A program made the position numbers and the translations under genes. Positions 1 to 12,100 of a stretch of 64,000 bases of DNA are shown one piece after another (the first letter of the stretch is position 1; each line of letters opens with the position of its first letter). The notes beneath the pieces are model-generated. The model made no database searches and had not been told where the DNA came from. It was given only the letters and a program-made list of their open reading frames with translations. Source of the DNA: a virus. Its lineage: Duplodnaviria; Caudoviricetes. The DNA lies in the IMG/VR virus record IMGVR_UViG_3300021962_000022; one strand, given 5' to 3'.

Positions 1-890
1 GTACCCGTACTTGTTGTAAACGTTTGACCACTTGATGTAGTATAACCTAAAAATTGTTTAGTTGAAACGTGTTTATTTGAAGTAAATCCGGTTATGTTCT
101 CATCTAAACCGTTAACATCAAACCCTATTGGTTTCATCCCCCAAACCACATTCATTGTCCATGAATTCAATTGTTGTGATGGGTCGATTTCCGCTGCTTG
201 ACAATTTGGATTGTATGTAACAGATACGGGATATTCATTTTCACATGAATTACATACTACTTGAGCGGGACCTGTACATCCTGAAAAATTTGGTGTATTT
301 CTATCTAAATAAAGTGTGTTACCAGTAACACCTGTAATTTTATAAACTAAACTATTTGTTTCACCTGTAATTACAGGGTGATTAGGGTCGTTACCACAAA
401 AAGTACCAAAAACTATTGTAATAAATTCACAATCATTAAAACTTGAACCTGTCAATACTGTGACACTATTGTCGCCCGTCATCGCAGATAATGATATTTG
501 TTGTGTTTCACACTCGACAGTGGTTCCTTCACAAACACTACCATCATATTCAATATATTCAGTAACAAATCCAGCGGGACCCATTACGTTTCTTAAAGTG
601 TCTGTTGTTGATGATTGAATTGGAATACCGTAAACAGTAGAACCTGTGTTACTACTATCCAATTTGTATGGATATTTTATACCACCCTCTCTATCAAATG
701 GTGCAAATACCATTTGGAATGGTTGTGAATCTAATCCTGTGAAATTGTCAAAAGGTGATGTGTAATCAAATTCAGAATCCCCAATTTGGAAATAGGCAAT
801 ATTAAAACTACCCTTGGCGATAGAATTTCTACCCTTTTGGGTTATTCTAACCGATAAAAATTCCGAATTGTTATTACTTAAAAAGCTCAT
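1..890 (-). CDS. Virion structural protein, 3'-truncated by the window edge (MSFLSNNNSEFLSVRITQKGRNSIAKGSFNIAYFQIGDSEFDY...)
   Basis: Not in the ORF track. I translated it by hand from ATG at 890 and found no stop before position 1. The N-terminal T-x-KGR...F-x-I-x-Y-F-x-x-GD-x-E-x-DY pattern is typical of large-myovirus structural proteins. A TATTTATA motif lies just upstream. Confidence 0.8.
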   Translation of the reverse strand, partial: MSFLSNNNSEFLSVRITQKGRNSIAKGSFNIAYFQIGDSEFDYTSPFDNFTGLDSQPFQMVFAPFDREGGIKYPYKLDSSNTGSTVYGIPIQSSTTDTLRNVMGPAGFVTEYIEYDGSVCEGTTVECETQQISLSAMTGDNSVTVLTGSSFNDCEFITIVFGTFCGNDPNHPVITGETNSLVYKITGVTGNTLYLDRNTPNFSGCTGPAQVVCNSCENEYPVSVTYNPNCQAAEIDPSQQLNSWTMNVVWGMKPIGFDVNGLDENITGFTSNKHVSTKQFLGYTTSSGQTFTTSTG

Positions 891-899
891 AGTTTATAT

Positions 900-907
900 T
901 ATAAATA
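900..907 (-). promoter_or_regulatory. Putative late promoter motif TATTTATA
   Basis: Exact motif about 10 nt upstream of the ATG at 890; recurs before structural genes. Confidence 0.6.
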
Positions 908-925
908 TTTTATTAACATTTTTTA

Positions 926-3214
926 TTAAGGACAACTACCATAAGTTATTGTGTAATCAGCAATCCCTGGTGGTGGTGTTGATGCGTCCGCCCATTGAAC
1001 CGAGGTTATCGTACCACAAACACACCCACTATTACCTTGTACTATGTTTAAAGTTGTTGGTGAACCATTACAATCCGTATAGAAAACTCTTATAGTTGAA
1101 GAACCATTTGGGTTACCGGATGTAATATTATTTACACCGTTACATTCACACGGTGGAGTTGAACTTGGGGTGGGTGTAACCGTTCTTGTTGGTGTAACAG
1201 AACTTGTTGGTGTAACTGATGAGGTTATAGATGGGGTTACGGAACTTGTTATGGTTACAGTTGGAGTTATAGTTGGGGTTACACTCGGAGATACTCCCAT
1301 TGTTGAAGATGGTGTAACAGAATTAGTAGGTGTGGCTGTAATAGATGGAGTCACCGATGGAGTTGCACCCATTGTTGAAGATGGTGTTAACGAAGGTGTT
1401 CTTGACGGTGTAATTGTAATAGACGGTGTGACAGAAGGAGTTACGCTCGGAGTTGGGGTTGGGCTACCCGGAACACTTTCGCAACATTCATCTAAATTTA
1501 TTCTAAACACTTGTTCACAACATCCCTCACAGACTAATCTCACATACATTTCCATCAATGTCGCCGTTATACCTGTAATTTCACAAACATCACCTGTGGT
1601 CATTCCTGTACATGATGTAACTCCTGTTATGTTGGTAGAAGTCAATCCTGTATAGACCGAACAATTAGTATAATTTGAACCCGAATTAAATGATATTTTG
1701 ATTGCCTTCGGCGTTACCGTATCATTCACACAAGGACTTCCACTTGTTGATGACGGTGTTGGGGTAATTGTAACAGTTGGGGTGATGGATGGGGTGATTG
1801 TAACCGAAGGTGTTACAGAACTAGTGACAGATGGTGTAACACTTGGAGTCGTATTTGATGTTTGTGATGGAGTTGGGGTTAGTGAAGATGTTGGTGTAAC
1901 GCTCGGTGTAACACTTGGGGTTGTGTTTGATGTAACCGAAGGTGTAACAGTTGAAGTGATAGATGGTGTGACTGAATTTGTTGGTGTGACACTTGGGGTA
2001 ACTGATGAACTAACCGAAGGTGTTGTCGAATTTGTTGGTGTAACACTTGGGGTAACTGATGAACTAACCGAAGGTGTTGTCGAATTTGTTGGTGTAACAC
2101 TTGGGGTAGTGGATGGTGTGACTGAATTTGTTGGTGTGACACTTGGGGTAACTGATGAACTAACCGAAGGTGTTGTCGAATTTGTTGGTGTAACACTTGG
2201 GGTAGTGGATGGTGTGACACTTGGAGTTGGACTAGCCGATATTGAATCACAATTTTGATTGTCCGCACATCCACCATTCGCATAAACAAAAATATCTGAT
2301 GGGTCACTGAATGTAATTGTTTGGTTATCAAAACACACACACTGATATACAGTACCCAATGGTGGTATAACACCTGAAGTTTGAAATAGGTTATAACAAT
2401 CGGTGTATGAATATGTAACAGTATTACCGTTTAGACTTACAATTTGTTTACATACACAGTCAGTACACAAAACTTGGGGTGATGGGGTAGGTGTGGGTGT
2501 TTTTGTTGGTGTAACAGAACTTGTAACCGAAGGTGTTACAGAACTAGTGACAGATGGTGTAACACTTGGAGTCGTATTTGATGTTTGTGATGGGGTTGGT
2601 GACGGGGTTGAGGTAACTGACGGTGTGACGGTGGGTGTTGGTGAGACAAACGACGAATCACAACATAGTGTATTTGAAAATACACTACTAGTTGTTACCG
2701 AACTTTGGATACCACCAATTAAAATATATAGGTTGGCACTACCTGTTAAATCCCTATTACAATTGTAACTGCTATAGGTACCGGCTGTGGAAATACTTTC
2801 ATCAAGGAAAGTTCCCGACGGACATCCATAATAAGTTAAATGTACGGCATCATCATCCGAATCATTAATATCTTGTTGACCAATGATTAAATCAAAAAAT
2901 GTACAATTACATTGTGGAGTTGCGGATGGTGTAGGTGTGGGACTTGTTTCTGGAAAACAGTTCTCAGTTGATGTTACTTGACCCGGCGGTGTTCCGTTAA
3001 CAATAAAAACCGTATTTGGATTTCCCGAAACAACTATGAACCAACCGAGATTCACAGGATTGGTACATGAACTATCTGTATAAATTATGTCCCCAACACT
3101 TAAATTACCACTGGCATTAACATCATCATAATAAAAGATATCTTGAGCGGGAGTGGCACAAACGGCGTTTTTACTAACAAAACTATATTTTAAAACTATG
3201 GCGGTACAGGACAT
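926..3214 (-). CDS. 762-aa modular protein: Cys-rich beta modules joined by TPS(V) mucin-like linkers; putative virion appendage protein
   Basis: ORF track; five Cys-rich globular segments alternate with T/P/S/V repeats; no signal peptide. Confidence 0.85.
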   Translation of the reverse strand: MSCTAIVLKYSFVSKNAVCATPAQDIFYYDDVNASGNLSVGDIIYTDSSCTNPVNLGWFIVVSGNPNTVFIVNGTPPGQVTSTENCFPETSPTPTPSATPQCNCTFFDLIIGQQDINDSDDDAVHLTYYGCPSGTFLDESISTAGTYSSYNCNRDLTGSANLYILIGGIQSSVTTSSVFSNTLCCDSSFVSPTPTVTPSVTSTPSPTPSQTSNTTPSVTPSVTSSVTPSVTSSVTPTKTPTPTPSPQVLCTDCVCKQIVSLNGNTVTYSYTDCYNLFQTSGVIPPLGTVYQCVCFDNQTITFSDPSDIFVYANGGCADNQNCDSISASPTPSVTPSTTPSVTPTNSTTPSVSSSVTPSVTPTNSVTPSTTPSVTPTNSTTPSVSSSVTPSVTPTNSTTPSVSSSVTPSVTPTNSVTPSITSTVTPSVTSNTTPSVTPSVTPTSSLTPTPSQTSNTTPSVTPSVTSSVTPSVTITPSITPTVTITPTPSSTSGSPCVNDTVTPKAIKISFNSGSNYTNCSVYTGLTSTNITGVTSCTGMTTGDVCEITGITATLMEMYVRLVCEGCCEQVFRINLDECCESVPGSPTPTPSVTPSVTPSITITPSRTPSLTPSSTMGATPSVTPSITATPTNSVTPSSTMGVSPSVTPTITPTVTITSSVTPSITSSVTPTSSVTPTRTVTPTPSSTPPCECNGVNNITSGNPNGSSTIRVFYTDCNGSPTTLNIVQGNSGCVCGTITSVQWADASTPPPGIADYTITYGSCP
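1974..2217. repeat. Near-perfect coding tandem repeat (54-bp and 42-bp units; TPTNSTTPSVSSSVTPSV)
   Basis: Unit starts gaatttgttggtgt at 1974, 2028, 2082, 2124 and 2178. Confidence 0.9.
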
Positions 3215-3225
3215 ATCTTATATCA

Positions 3226-3576
3226 TTAATTTAATTGTACAACATTAACCCCAAAAGAACATGGATAGTAACAATCACTACATCTCAAATCGACGAGAGC
3301 TAATTGATAACCTCCTTGTAATTTTGTTGCGGGTTGTGGTACTGAGCTTATGTGTCCGTCACAGTGTTCTACAAATACGAACATTTGTGGAATCGTACTT
3401 AATAGATTTATATTAAATGTATATCCTGAGGATAATGAAATTAAACTTATGTTACCATTGAGATATCCAGCATCATCAATATTGTGAGTTAACCCCGTGT
3501 AGATATAGTATCCACTACAAGGAGTTTGACCTGAAAAATTTGATATTGTTATTTGATACTGTTTTAATGATGGCAT
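3226..3576 (-). CDS. 116-aa small Cys-containing beta-rich protein of the appendage cluster
   Basis: ORF track; TATTTAT motif upstream; resembles the YTGLT module of the 762-aa protein. Confidence 0.8.
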   Translation of the reverse strand: MPSLKQYQITISNFSGQTPCSGYYIYTGLTHNIDDAGYLNGNISLISLSSGYTFNINLLSTIPQMFVFVEHCDGHISSVPQPATKLQGGYQLALVDLRCSDCYYPCSFGVNVVQLN

Positions 3577-3580
3577 ATTT

Positions 3581-3588
3581 CATAAATA
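3581..3588 (-). promoter_or_regulatory. Putative late promoter variant TATTTATG
   Basis: A few nt upstream of the ATG at 3576 (position approximate to +/-1). Confidence 0.5.
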
Positions 3589-3618
3589 TAAAAAATCATA
3601 TTTTATAATAAAGTATTT

Positions 3619-4326
3619 TTAACAACCCATTCCCTCAGTGTAAGGATTACCGTCCACTATACCACTCGTAGCGTAGTAAACAGAACCACCATATTTGAAG
3701 TATCCATTATATGGTGTTGTTAAACTTTGGTTAGTATAAATGGCGCCCGAAACTGATGGGAATTCACCAACCGAACAACTAGTGTATACCGTTATTAATC
3801 CACCAGAACATGTTATTACACCCGGACAAGAACATTGTTGTATTGACCAAGAATTAAATAAACATGATGGTGTTGGGGTTGGGGTTAAAGTTCTTGTTGG
3901 TGTTGGGGTTGGGGTTAAAGTTCTTGTTGGTGTTGGGGTTGGTGTTGGTGTTTTTGATGGTGTAGGAGATGGTGGTGGTGGTGTTGCACTCGGTGTAACA
4001 GATGGGGTCACACTTGGTGTCGGACTTGGACTAACACAAACTGTTTGTACATCGAAACACATTGTGTCATAACATGGGAATGCTTTACTATCGTGAGTAT
4101 AGATATTTTTAATAATATATCTTCCCGTAGTTTCATCAGTCATTTTAATCCAATATTGGGTATCAAAAGACAAACCACTAATCGTTATATTATTTACAGT
4201 TAATCCTGTGTTTAATAAAGTGAAAGACGAATCAATAGTTTCAGGATACGGCGATTCACCAGATTTATATCGAATGGAAAAACTACCGTCCGAAACAATG
4301 TTATATATTTTTACATTTAATCCCAT
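3619..4326 (-). CDS. 235-aa protein: Ig/Fn3-like N-terminal domain, PT linker, Cys-rich C-terminal module
   Basis: ORF track; beta-rich N-terminus ([16 protein letters not shown] is Fn3-like); PTPT linker. Confidence 0.8.
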   Translation of the reverse strand: MGLNVKIYNIVSDGSFSIRYKSGESPYPETIDSSFTLLNTGLTVNNITISGLSFDTQYWIKMTDETTGRYIIKNIYTHDSKAFPCYDTMCFDVQTVCVSPSPTPSVTPSVTPSATPPPPSPTPSKTPTPTPTPTRTLTPTPTPTRTLTPTPTPSCLFNSWSIQQCSCPGVITCSGGLITVYTSCSVGEFPSVSGAIYTNQSLTTPYNGYFKYGGSVYYATSGIVDGNPYTEGMGC

Positions 4327-4328
4327 TA

Positions 4329-6155
4329 TTATGTCGTTACATCAGAAGTTATATAAATTATTAATGATGTTGTACTGTTAGGTATCAAATATGTATCATT
4401 TATTGAACCTGTACCACAACTTGATTCGGTGTTTGTTTGAACTGTAACTCCGTTTCTAACTATAGAATATCCAACGACGCTACATCCATAACCTAAAGCG
4501 GTACAACCTGAAGTTATACCTAAAGCATCCATACTTAAATCAATTAAATCGCCAACATGTGCTGTTGTTGTACCACTATATGTACTAACAGGGAATGGTG
4601 TGTTCCAAGTATAAAAAGTAGTTCCATTTTTTTGAATATTACCAAAAGTTCTTGAACATGAATTCAATTTTTGATGTTGGTAAATCAAGGATATTGTAAT
4701 TGAACTTGGGGTTGGTGATGGTGTAATAGATATCGATGGTGTTCGTGTGATAGATGGTGTAACAGAAGTAGTTGGTGTAACCGATTGTGTAACGTTTGGT
4801 AAAGATGAACTTGGTGTTGGTGTGATAGATGGTGTTCTTGTGGGTGTTGATGAACGTGTGGGTGTAATTGATGGTGTTATGGTTGGTGTTTTTGTTGGAG
4901 TTGGGGTCTTGGTTACGGTTGGTGTTGGTGTTTTTGATGGTGTAGGAGATGGTGATGGTTGAGGTATCGGAGTTGCAACAAGATATTCAACCGAATTAGT
5001 ACACGAACCAACACTTTGTATCGTTCCGCCTGTTATTGAGTAACAAACCAATGTGGTATAACCTGATATTAATTGAGTATTTGTTACACCAGTTGCAATT
5101 GTAACAATTGTTCCACCTGTTGTGGTTCCCGAAATGTTATATGGTCCCGCTTGATTTAAAAAATAAATTTCTTGTAATGTGAATGTATATTGTGTACATC
5201 CACTTGGTATTGTTGATGGGGACGGGGTTACTGACATTGTTGGAGTCAGTGAAGGTGTAATCGAACTTGTTGGAGTAACACTTGGGGTTACTGAACTTGT
5301 TGGTGTCACAGTTGGTGTAACCGATGGTGTTGAACCCATGGTTGATGAGGGTGTGGGCGTAATTGATGGTGTTATGGTTGGTGTTTTTGTTGGAGTTGGG
5401 GTCTTGGTTACGGTTGGTGTTGGTGTTTTTGATGGTGTAGCCGTAACACTTGGTGTGGATGTCATTGTAGGTGTTACTGTTGGTGTAACACTTGGACACA
5501 CCGGAGAACAAATTTGACCTGAAAAAATCGCAATACCACTATATGGGTATGCTGTATTAACACAGACACCTGATGGGAATAATGAACCACTTTGATATGT
5601 TCCACAACAATCGGTATAATACCAAGATGGACCATCTGTAACACCCGATATACAAACAGGTGTTGGTGTTGGGGTTATAGATGGTGTTGGTGTAGGTGTC
5701 GGACTTGGTCCCGCTTGACAAGTGGGGCAATCAAGATGAAATAACCCGTTATTTTTTAATGTTTGAACGGTAAATGCGGGAATTGTATTTCCCGTACCCG
5801 CGGTATAAACAGGTGTGAATGTGTGACACTCTTCAGAATAGGATATTGTTGCACCTGTGGTATAAAAATATTCATAAATTTCTGAGTTGGGGAAAGAAAA
5901 TTGTTGGTCAGCACCCATCGGGTCACAATTGTCAAAATCCCAAGTATTGTATGTACTATTACATTGACTACATCCTGTATATCCTGAAAAAATAACAATA
6001 CCAGTAGGTCCTGCTCCAACATTACCTGTGGATTCCCAACATTGGTAATCCGCAAAAATGGTGTGTCCCGATAAAACAACACTATCGTTAACTATAAAGT
6101 CTTGATAAGTCGAAGGATTTGAACAAAGTTGGAAGGTTATTATTTGAACAGCCAT
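4329..6155 (-). CDS. 608-aa modular protein: tandem CxxC-ending modules, TP linkers, C-terminal beta domain
   Basis: ORF track; TATTTATA upstream; modules shared with the giant ORF. Confidence 0.85.
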   Translation of the reverse strand: MAVQIITFQLCSNPSTYQDFIVNDSVVLSGHTIFADYQCWESTGNVGAGPTGIVIFSGYTGCSQCNSTYNTWDFDNCDPMGADQQFSFPNSEIYEYFYTTGATISYSEECHTFTPVYTAGTGNTIPAFTVQTLKNNGLFHLDCPTCQAGPSPTPTPTPSITPTPTPVCISGVTDGPSWYYTDCCGTYQSGSLFPSGVCVNTAYPYSGIAIFSGQICSPVCPSVTPTVTPTMTSTPSVTATPSKTPTPTVTKTPTPTKTPTITPSITPTPSSTMGSTPSVTPTVTPTSSVTPSVTPTSSITPSLTPTMSVTPSPSTIPSGCTQYTFTLQEIYFLNQAGPYNISGTTTGGTIVTIATGVTNTQLISGYTTLVCYSITGGTIQSVGSCTNSVEYLVATPIPQPSPSPTPSKTPTPTVTKTPTPTKTPTITPSITPTRSSTPTRTPSITPTPSSSLPNVTQSVTPTTSVTPSITRTPSISITPSPTPSSITISLIYQHQKLNSCSRTFGNIQKNGTTFYTWNTPFPVSTYSGTTTAHVGDLIDLSMDALGITSGCTALGYGCSVVGYSIVRNGVTVQTNTESSCGTGSINDTYLIPNSTTSLIIYITSDVTT

Positions 6156-6171
6156 TTATTAATTTTCTATC

Positions 6172-6179
6172 TATAAATA
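6172..6179 (-). promoter_or_regulatory. Putative late promoter motif TATTTATA
   Basis: Exact motif 16 nt upstream of the ATG at 6155. Confidence 0.6.
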
Positions 6180-6199
6180 CTTAAACCATTATTTTATTT

Positions 6200-9100
6200 T
6201 TAACAAACTTCTTCACAACCACAACCGTGTGCCCCACCACAACAAGTTACACCATAAGAGAAACCTGACGTACCACCTAAATTAGGTATTGTATACCATA
6301 CACCTCTGTCGAATACCGCTAAGTACATTACTCTACTTATACATCTACTTTCAGTTGTTGCTGTGGTGTATAATCGTTGAAAGAATTGACCATCACAACA
6401 TTGATAATACATATAAACTTGACCATAATCTGTAATGTCTCGGTCAGTAATATTAATCTCCGTACACTTACAATCACACGCACCTATGACCGATACTGAA
6501 CCAGTCCACGGAAATCCGCCGACGTTAGGTGCTCCACAAGCGCATAAAACTAATTCGTGATTTCCACCATTTGCCTCCCAATAAGCGGGGTCAGACAATG
6601 TTTGGGCATTACCCTGACAATCTGTGTAACTAACAAAGTTCCAATTGTTTAATTGAGTTACTAACCATTCACGACAATCACATGGTGGTGTTGATGAAGG
6701 TGTTGGGGTTGGAGTTGGTGATACACCCGCAGCAGCAGGGGAACTTGATGGTGTTACAGAAGGGGTAACAGATGGAGTTAAAGATGGTGTAACCGAAGGT
6801 GTTGGTGTTCTACTTGGTGTAACAGATGGAGTTAAAGATGGTGTAACACTAGCGGTTCTCGATGGTGTAACCGAACTTGTTGGTGTAACGCTCGGGGTTA
6901 CTGATGGTGTAACTGAAGGTGTAACTGATGGAGTTACGCTGGCAGTTCTTGAAGGGGTAACAGATGGTGTTGGTGGTGGGGATGCTCCCGCTGTTCTACT
7001 TGGTGTAACACTAGCGGTTCTTGATGGAGTTAAAGATGGTGTAACCGAAGGTGTTGGTGTAACACTTGGTGTTCTTGACGGTGTAACACTTGGTGTTATC
7101 GATGGTGTAACACTAGCGGTTCTCGATGGTGTAACGGATGGACAATTTTGAAACGTTTCAAGAATACATTCTTCACAACTACCATAACTTGATGTATATA
7201 TCGGGCCGGTATTTGGTCCAAAGTCATCAAATCTTGCACATAATTGGGCTGATTGTATATAAAACACCGTTCCAATTGCCGTACCAATTGGTACTCTACC
7301 TTGATAAATTGTTGTATCACCAGCACAACATGAAGTAAACACCGCACCTATGTACTGTGGACTTGGTGATGGTGTTACAGAAGACGTTGGTGTTAATGAA
7401 GGTGTAATAGATGGTGTTACTGAACTACTTGGTGTAACTGAAGGTGTAACGGAAGGTGTAACGCTCGATGTTGGTGTCACAGAAGGTGTAACGCTCCGTG
7501 TTGGGTCTGGTGTTCTTGATGGTGTAGGAGTAACAGAAGGTGTAACGCTCGATGTTGGTGTCACAGAAGGTGTAACGCTCCGTGTTGGGTCTGGTGTTAC
7601 TGAACTACTTGGTGTAACTGAAGGTGTTGTACTTGGTGTAATTGAAGGTGTTACAGAACTACTTGGAGTTACAGATGGTGTTCTTGAAGGGGTGATAGAT
7701 GGTGTAACAGATGATGTTGCGGTTACTGATGGTGTTGTACTTGGTGTAATTGAAGGTGTTACAGAACTACTTGGAGTTACTGATGGTGTTGTACTTGGTG
7801 TAATTGAAGGTGTTACAGAACTACTTGGAGTTACAGATGGTGTTGTACTTGGTGTGATAGACGCGGTAACACTTGATGTTGGTGTTAACGACGGAGTGAT
7901 AGAAGGTGTTACAGATGGAGTTCTTGAAGGGGTCAAAGAAGGTGTTCTTGACGGAGTTGCAGTTACTGAACTTGTTGGGGTTGGTGATGGTGTTGGACAG
8001 GTAAATACCGCGTTACAACTTGCACAATCAGCGAATTTTGAACTAGCCAATGTATAGAAAGGATATGCACCATTTGCAATTAAAACAAATGATTGATAAC
8101 ATGTCCCTCCAAATGGATAAATTCCAGGGTTACCAGTTATGTAGTTAAAATCACCCTGTGTCATGTTGATGTTGTAAATATTGTTATCACAACAACTCTG
8201 TGTTTGTACCGACACAATTACAGTTGATGGTGTTACTGTAGGTGTAACTGATGGAGTCACAGAACTACTTGGGGTTACCGAAGGTGTTACAGAAGGTGTA
8301 ACGCTCGATGTTGGTGTTACTGTAGGTGTAACTGATGGAGTCACAGAACTTGTAGGGGTTACGGATGATGTAACGGAAGGTGTAATGCTCGATGTTGGTG
8401 TCACAGAAGGTGTAACGCTCCGTGTTGGGTCTGGTGTTCTTGATGGTGTAGGAGTAACAGAAGGTGTAACGCTCGATGTTGGTGTCACAGAAGGTGTCAC
8501 TGATGGTGTTACACTTGGTGTGACAGAACTTGTTGGGGTAACTGATGAGGTAACCGACGGAGTCACTGAGCTTGTTACCGATGGTGTAACTGAAGGTGTT
8601 ACACTTGGAGTTACTGAAGAAGTAACAGATGGTGTAACGGAACTTGTTGGTGTTACTGATGGTGTTACTGAACTTGTAACCGAAGGTGTTACAGAACTAG
8701 TTGGGGTGACTGAAGGTGTTAGTGATGGGGTAACTGATGCGGTTCTACTTGGTGTAACTGATGGTGTAACAGATGATGTTGGTTCTGGTGTTCTTGATGG
8801 TGTAACAGATGATGTTGGAGTTACAGAAGGTGTTGTACTTGGTGTGATAGAAGGTGTTACGGATGATGTTGCTGTCACTGATGGAGTTACAGAAGGTGTC
8901 ACGGATGGTGTAACAGATGATGTTGGAGTTACAGAAGGTGTTGTACTTGGTGTGATAGAAGGTGTTACGGAACTTGATGGTGTAACGGAAGGTGTTAATG
9001 ATGGTGTAACTGACGGTGTAACACTTGAAGTTGCTGTCACTGATGGAGTTACAGAAGGTGTCACCGATGGAGTAACAGATGATGTTGGTGTTACGGATGG

Positions 9101-12100
9101 TGTTCTACTTGGTGTAATTGACGGAGTTACAGAACTACTTGGAGTTACAGAAGGAGTAACCGATGAAGTGATACTCGGAGTTACTGAAGACGATGGTGTT
9201 ATTGAAGGTGTTGTACTTGGTGTGATAGAAGGTGTTACGGAACTTGATGGTGTAACGGAAGGTGTTAATGATGGTGTAACTGACGGTGTAACACTTGAAG
9301 TTGGTGTAATTGACGGGGTTACCGATGGAGTTACCGATGGGGTAACACTTGATGTCGGTGTAACACTTGGTGTCCTACTTGGTGTAACTGATGGTGTCAC
9401 AGATGAAGTTGCAGTTACTGAAGGTGTTGTACTTGGTGTGATAGAAGCCGTCACAGATGGTGTTACAGAACTACTTGGAGTTACAGAAGGTGTTGTACTT
9501 GGTGTTATTGAAGAAGTTACCGACGGAGTTACAGAACTACTTGGGGTAACTGAAGGTGTTCTCGATGAAGTGACAGAAGGTGTTACAGAAGATGTTGGTG
9601 TAACAGAAGGTGTTACAGAAGGAGTCACGGATGGTGTAACCGAACTACTTGGAGTTACTGATGGTGTTGTACTTGGTGTAAGTGATGGGGTAACAGAACT
9701 TGTAGGAGTAACCGAACTAGTAACACTTGGTGTGAGAGATGGTGTAACCGAACTACTTGGTGTAACTGAAGGTGTTGTACTTGGTGTAAGTGATGGAGTA
9801 ACTGAGCTACTTGGGGTTACAGAAGGAGTAACACTTGGTGTAACTGAGCTCGTAACACTTGGAGTAACTGATGGTGTAACACTTGGTGTAACTGAGCTCG
9901 TAACACTTGGAGTAACTGATGGTGTAACGGAACTACTTGGTGTAACCGAAGGAGTAACAGAACTTGTTACAGAAGGAGTAACAGATGATGTTGCAGTTAC
10001 TGAAGGGGTTACTGAAGGTGTAACTGAAGGTGTTACCGAACTTGTTGCAGTTACCGAAGGGGTTCTTGACGGGGTGACACTCGGTGTAACACTAGAAGTA
10101 GGTGTAACAGATGGAGTAACGGATGGTGTTACTGAACTTGTTATGGATGGTGTTACCGAACTAGTAACTGAAGGAGTAACTGATGGAGTCACACTTGGAG
10201 TTACGGATGATGTTGGTGTTACAGATGATGTCACCGAAGGGGTTATACTCGGTGTAACCGAACTAGTAGGTGTAACGGATGGAGTTACTGATGGTGTAAG
10301 TGATGGTGTAACGGAACTAGTAGATGTTACAGAAGGGGTTACTGATGGTGTAAGTGATGGTGTAACGGAACTAGTAGATGTTACAGAGGGGGTTACTGAA
10401 CTTGTAACACTTGGAGTAACTGAAGACGTTGGTGTTACCGAAGGTGTTACCGAAGGTGTAACCGATGGGGTTACTGAAGAAGTTGGTGTTACTGACGGTG
10501 TTACCGAAGGAGTTACAGAACTTGTTACCGAAGGTGTAACGGAAGGTGTTAAAGATGGTGTTATACTTGGTGTTACTGAAGGTGTTACGGAACTACTTGG
10601 TGTAACACTTGGCGTTCTTGAAGGAGTAACACTTGGTGTAACTGAACTTGTTGGCGTAACTGAACTTGTAACTGACGGGGTTATTGAAGAAGTAACACTT
10701 GGAGTTACGGAACTAGTAACAGATGGAGTGACACTTGGTGTTATAGATGGTGTAACAGAACTTGTGGGTGTTACTGATGGTGTAAGTGATGGAGTAACAG
10801 AAGGTGTTACTGACGATGTCGCGGTTACGGATGGGGTAACAGATGGTGTAAGTGATGGTGTTACCGAACTTGTTGGAGTAACAGATGGTGTAACGGATGG
10901 TGTAACAGAACTAGTAACTGATGGAGTAACCGAACTTGTTACTGAAGGAGTTACACTTGGAGTAATCGATGGAGTTACTGAAGATGTTGGAGTTACAGAA
11001 GGTGTTGTACTTGGTGTAATTGATGGGGTTACAGATGACGTTGCGGTTACGGATGGGGTAACAGATGGTGTAAGTGATGGTGTTACACTTGATGTTACTG
11101 ATGGAGTAACACTTGGTGTTCTTGATGGTGTTATAGATGGTGTAACTGAACTTGTCGGTGTAACTGAACTTGTAACAGATGGTGTGACAGATGGTGTTAC
11201 CGAACTAGTTGCAGTAACCGAAGGAGTAACCGAAGGGGTAACCGACGGAGTAACGGAACTTGTTGGAGTTATAGATGGTGTAACGGAACTAGTAACCGAT
11301 GGAGTTACACTTGATGTTACCGATGGGGTTACACTTGGTGTTACAGAACTTGTTACCGATGGTGTTACTGAACTTGTAACCGAAGGTGTAACAGAACTTG
11401 TAACTGACGGAGTAACAGAAGGTGTTACTGAACTAGTAGGTGTCACTGATGGAGTCACACTTGGTGTTACACTTGGAGTAACAGACGAAGTTGGTGTCAC
11501 AGATGGAGTAACCGATGGTGTTACTGAACTAGTAACCGATGGTGTAACAGACGATGTCACTGATGGAGTCACACTTGGTGTTACACTTGGAGTAACAGAC
11601 GAAGTTGGTGTCACAGATGGAGTAACCGATGGGGTTATACTTGGTGTTACCGAACTTGTTGGAGTTATAGATGGTGTAACGGAACTAGTAACCGATGGAG
11701 TTACACTTGATGTTACCGATGGGGTTACACTTGGTGTTCTTGACGGTGTTATAGATGGTGTCACGCTCGAAGTTGGTGTAACAGATGGAGTTACAGAACT
11801 TGTTACCGAAGGTGTTACAGATGATGTTGGTGTTACTGATGGTGTTACGGAACTTGTAACCGATGGAGTTACAGACGAAGTAACGGATGGAGTCACTGAC
11901 GGAGTAACCGATGGTGTAACCGAACTTGTTGCGGTAACACTTGGTGTCACACTTGAAGTAACGGATGGAGTCACTGAACTTGTTGGTGTTACCGATGGTG
12001 TTACTGATGGAGTTACGCTTGATGTCACTGAAGGTGTTACCGATGGGGTAACTGAAGGTGTTCTTGATGGTGTAACTGATGGTGTTACCGAACTTGTTGG

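Noticed and set aside
814-1095. 93-aa plus-strand ORF and other short plus-strand ORFs across the window
   Set aside because: They overlap real minus-strand genes, have no recognisable motifs, and go against the uniform gene orientation
1170-5517. Plus-strand V/G/T-rich ORFs (1170-1655, 1698-2258, 2403-2768, 3740-4072, 4747-4962, 5179-5517)
   Set aside because: Same shadow effect over the PT linkers of real minus-strand genes
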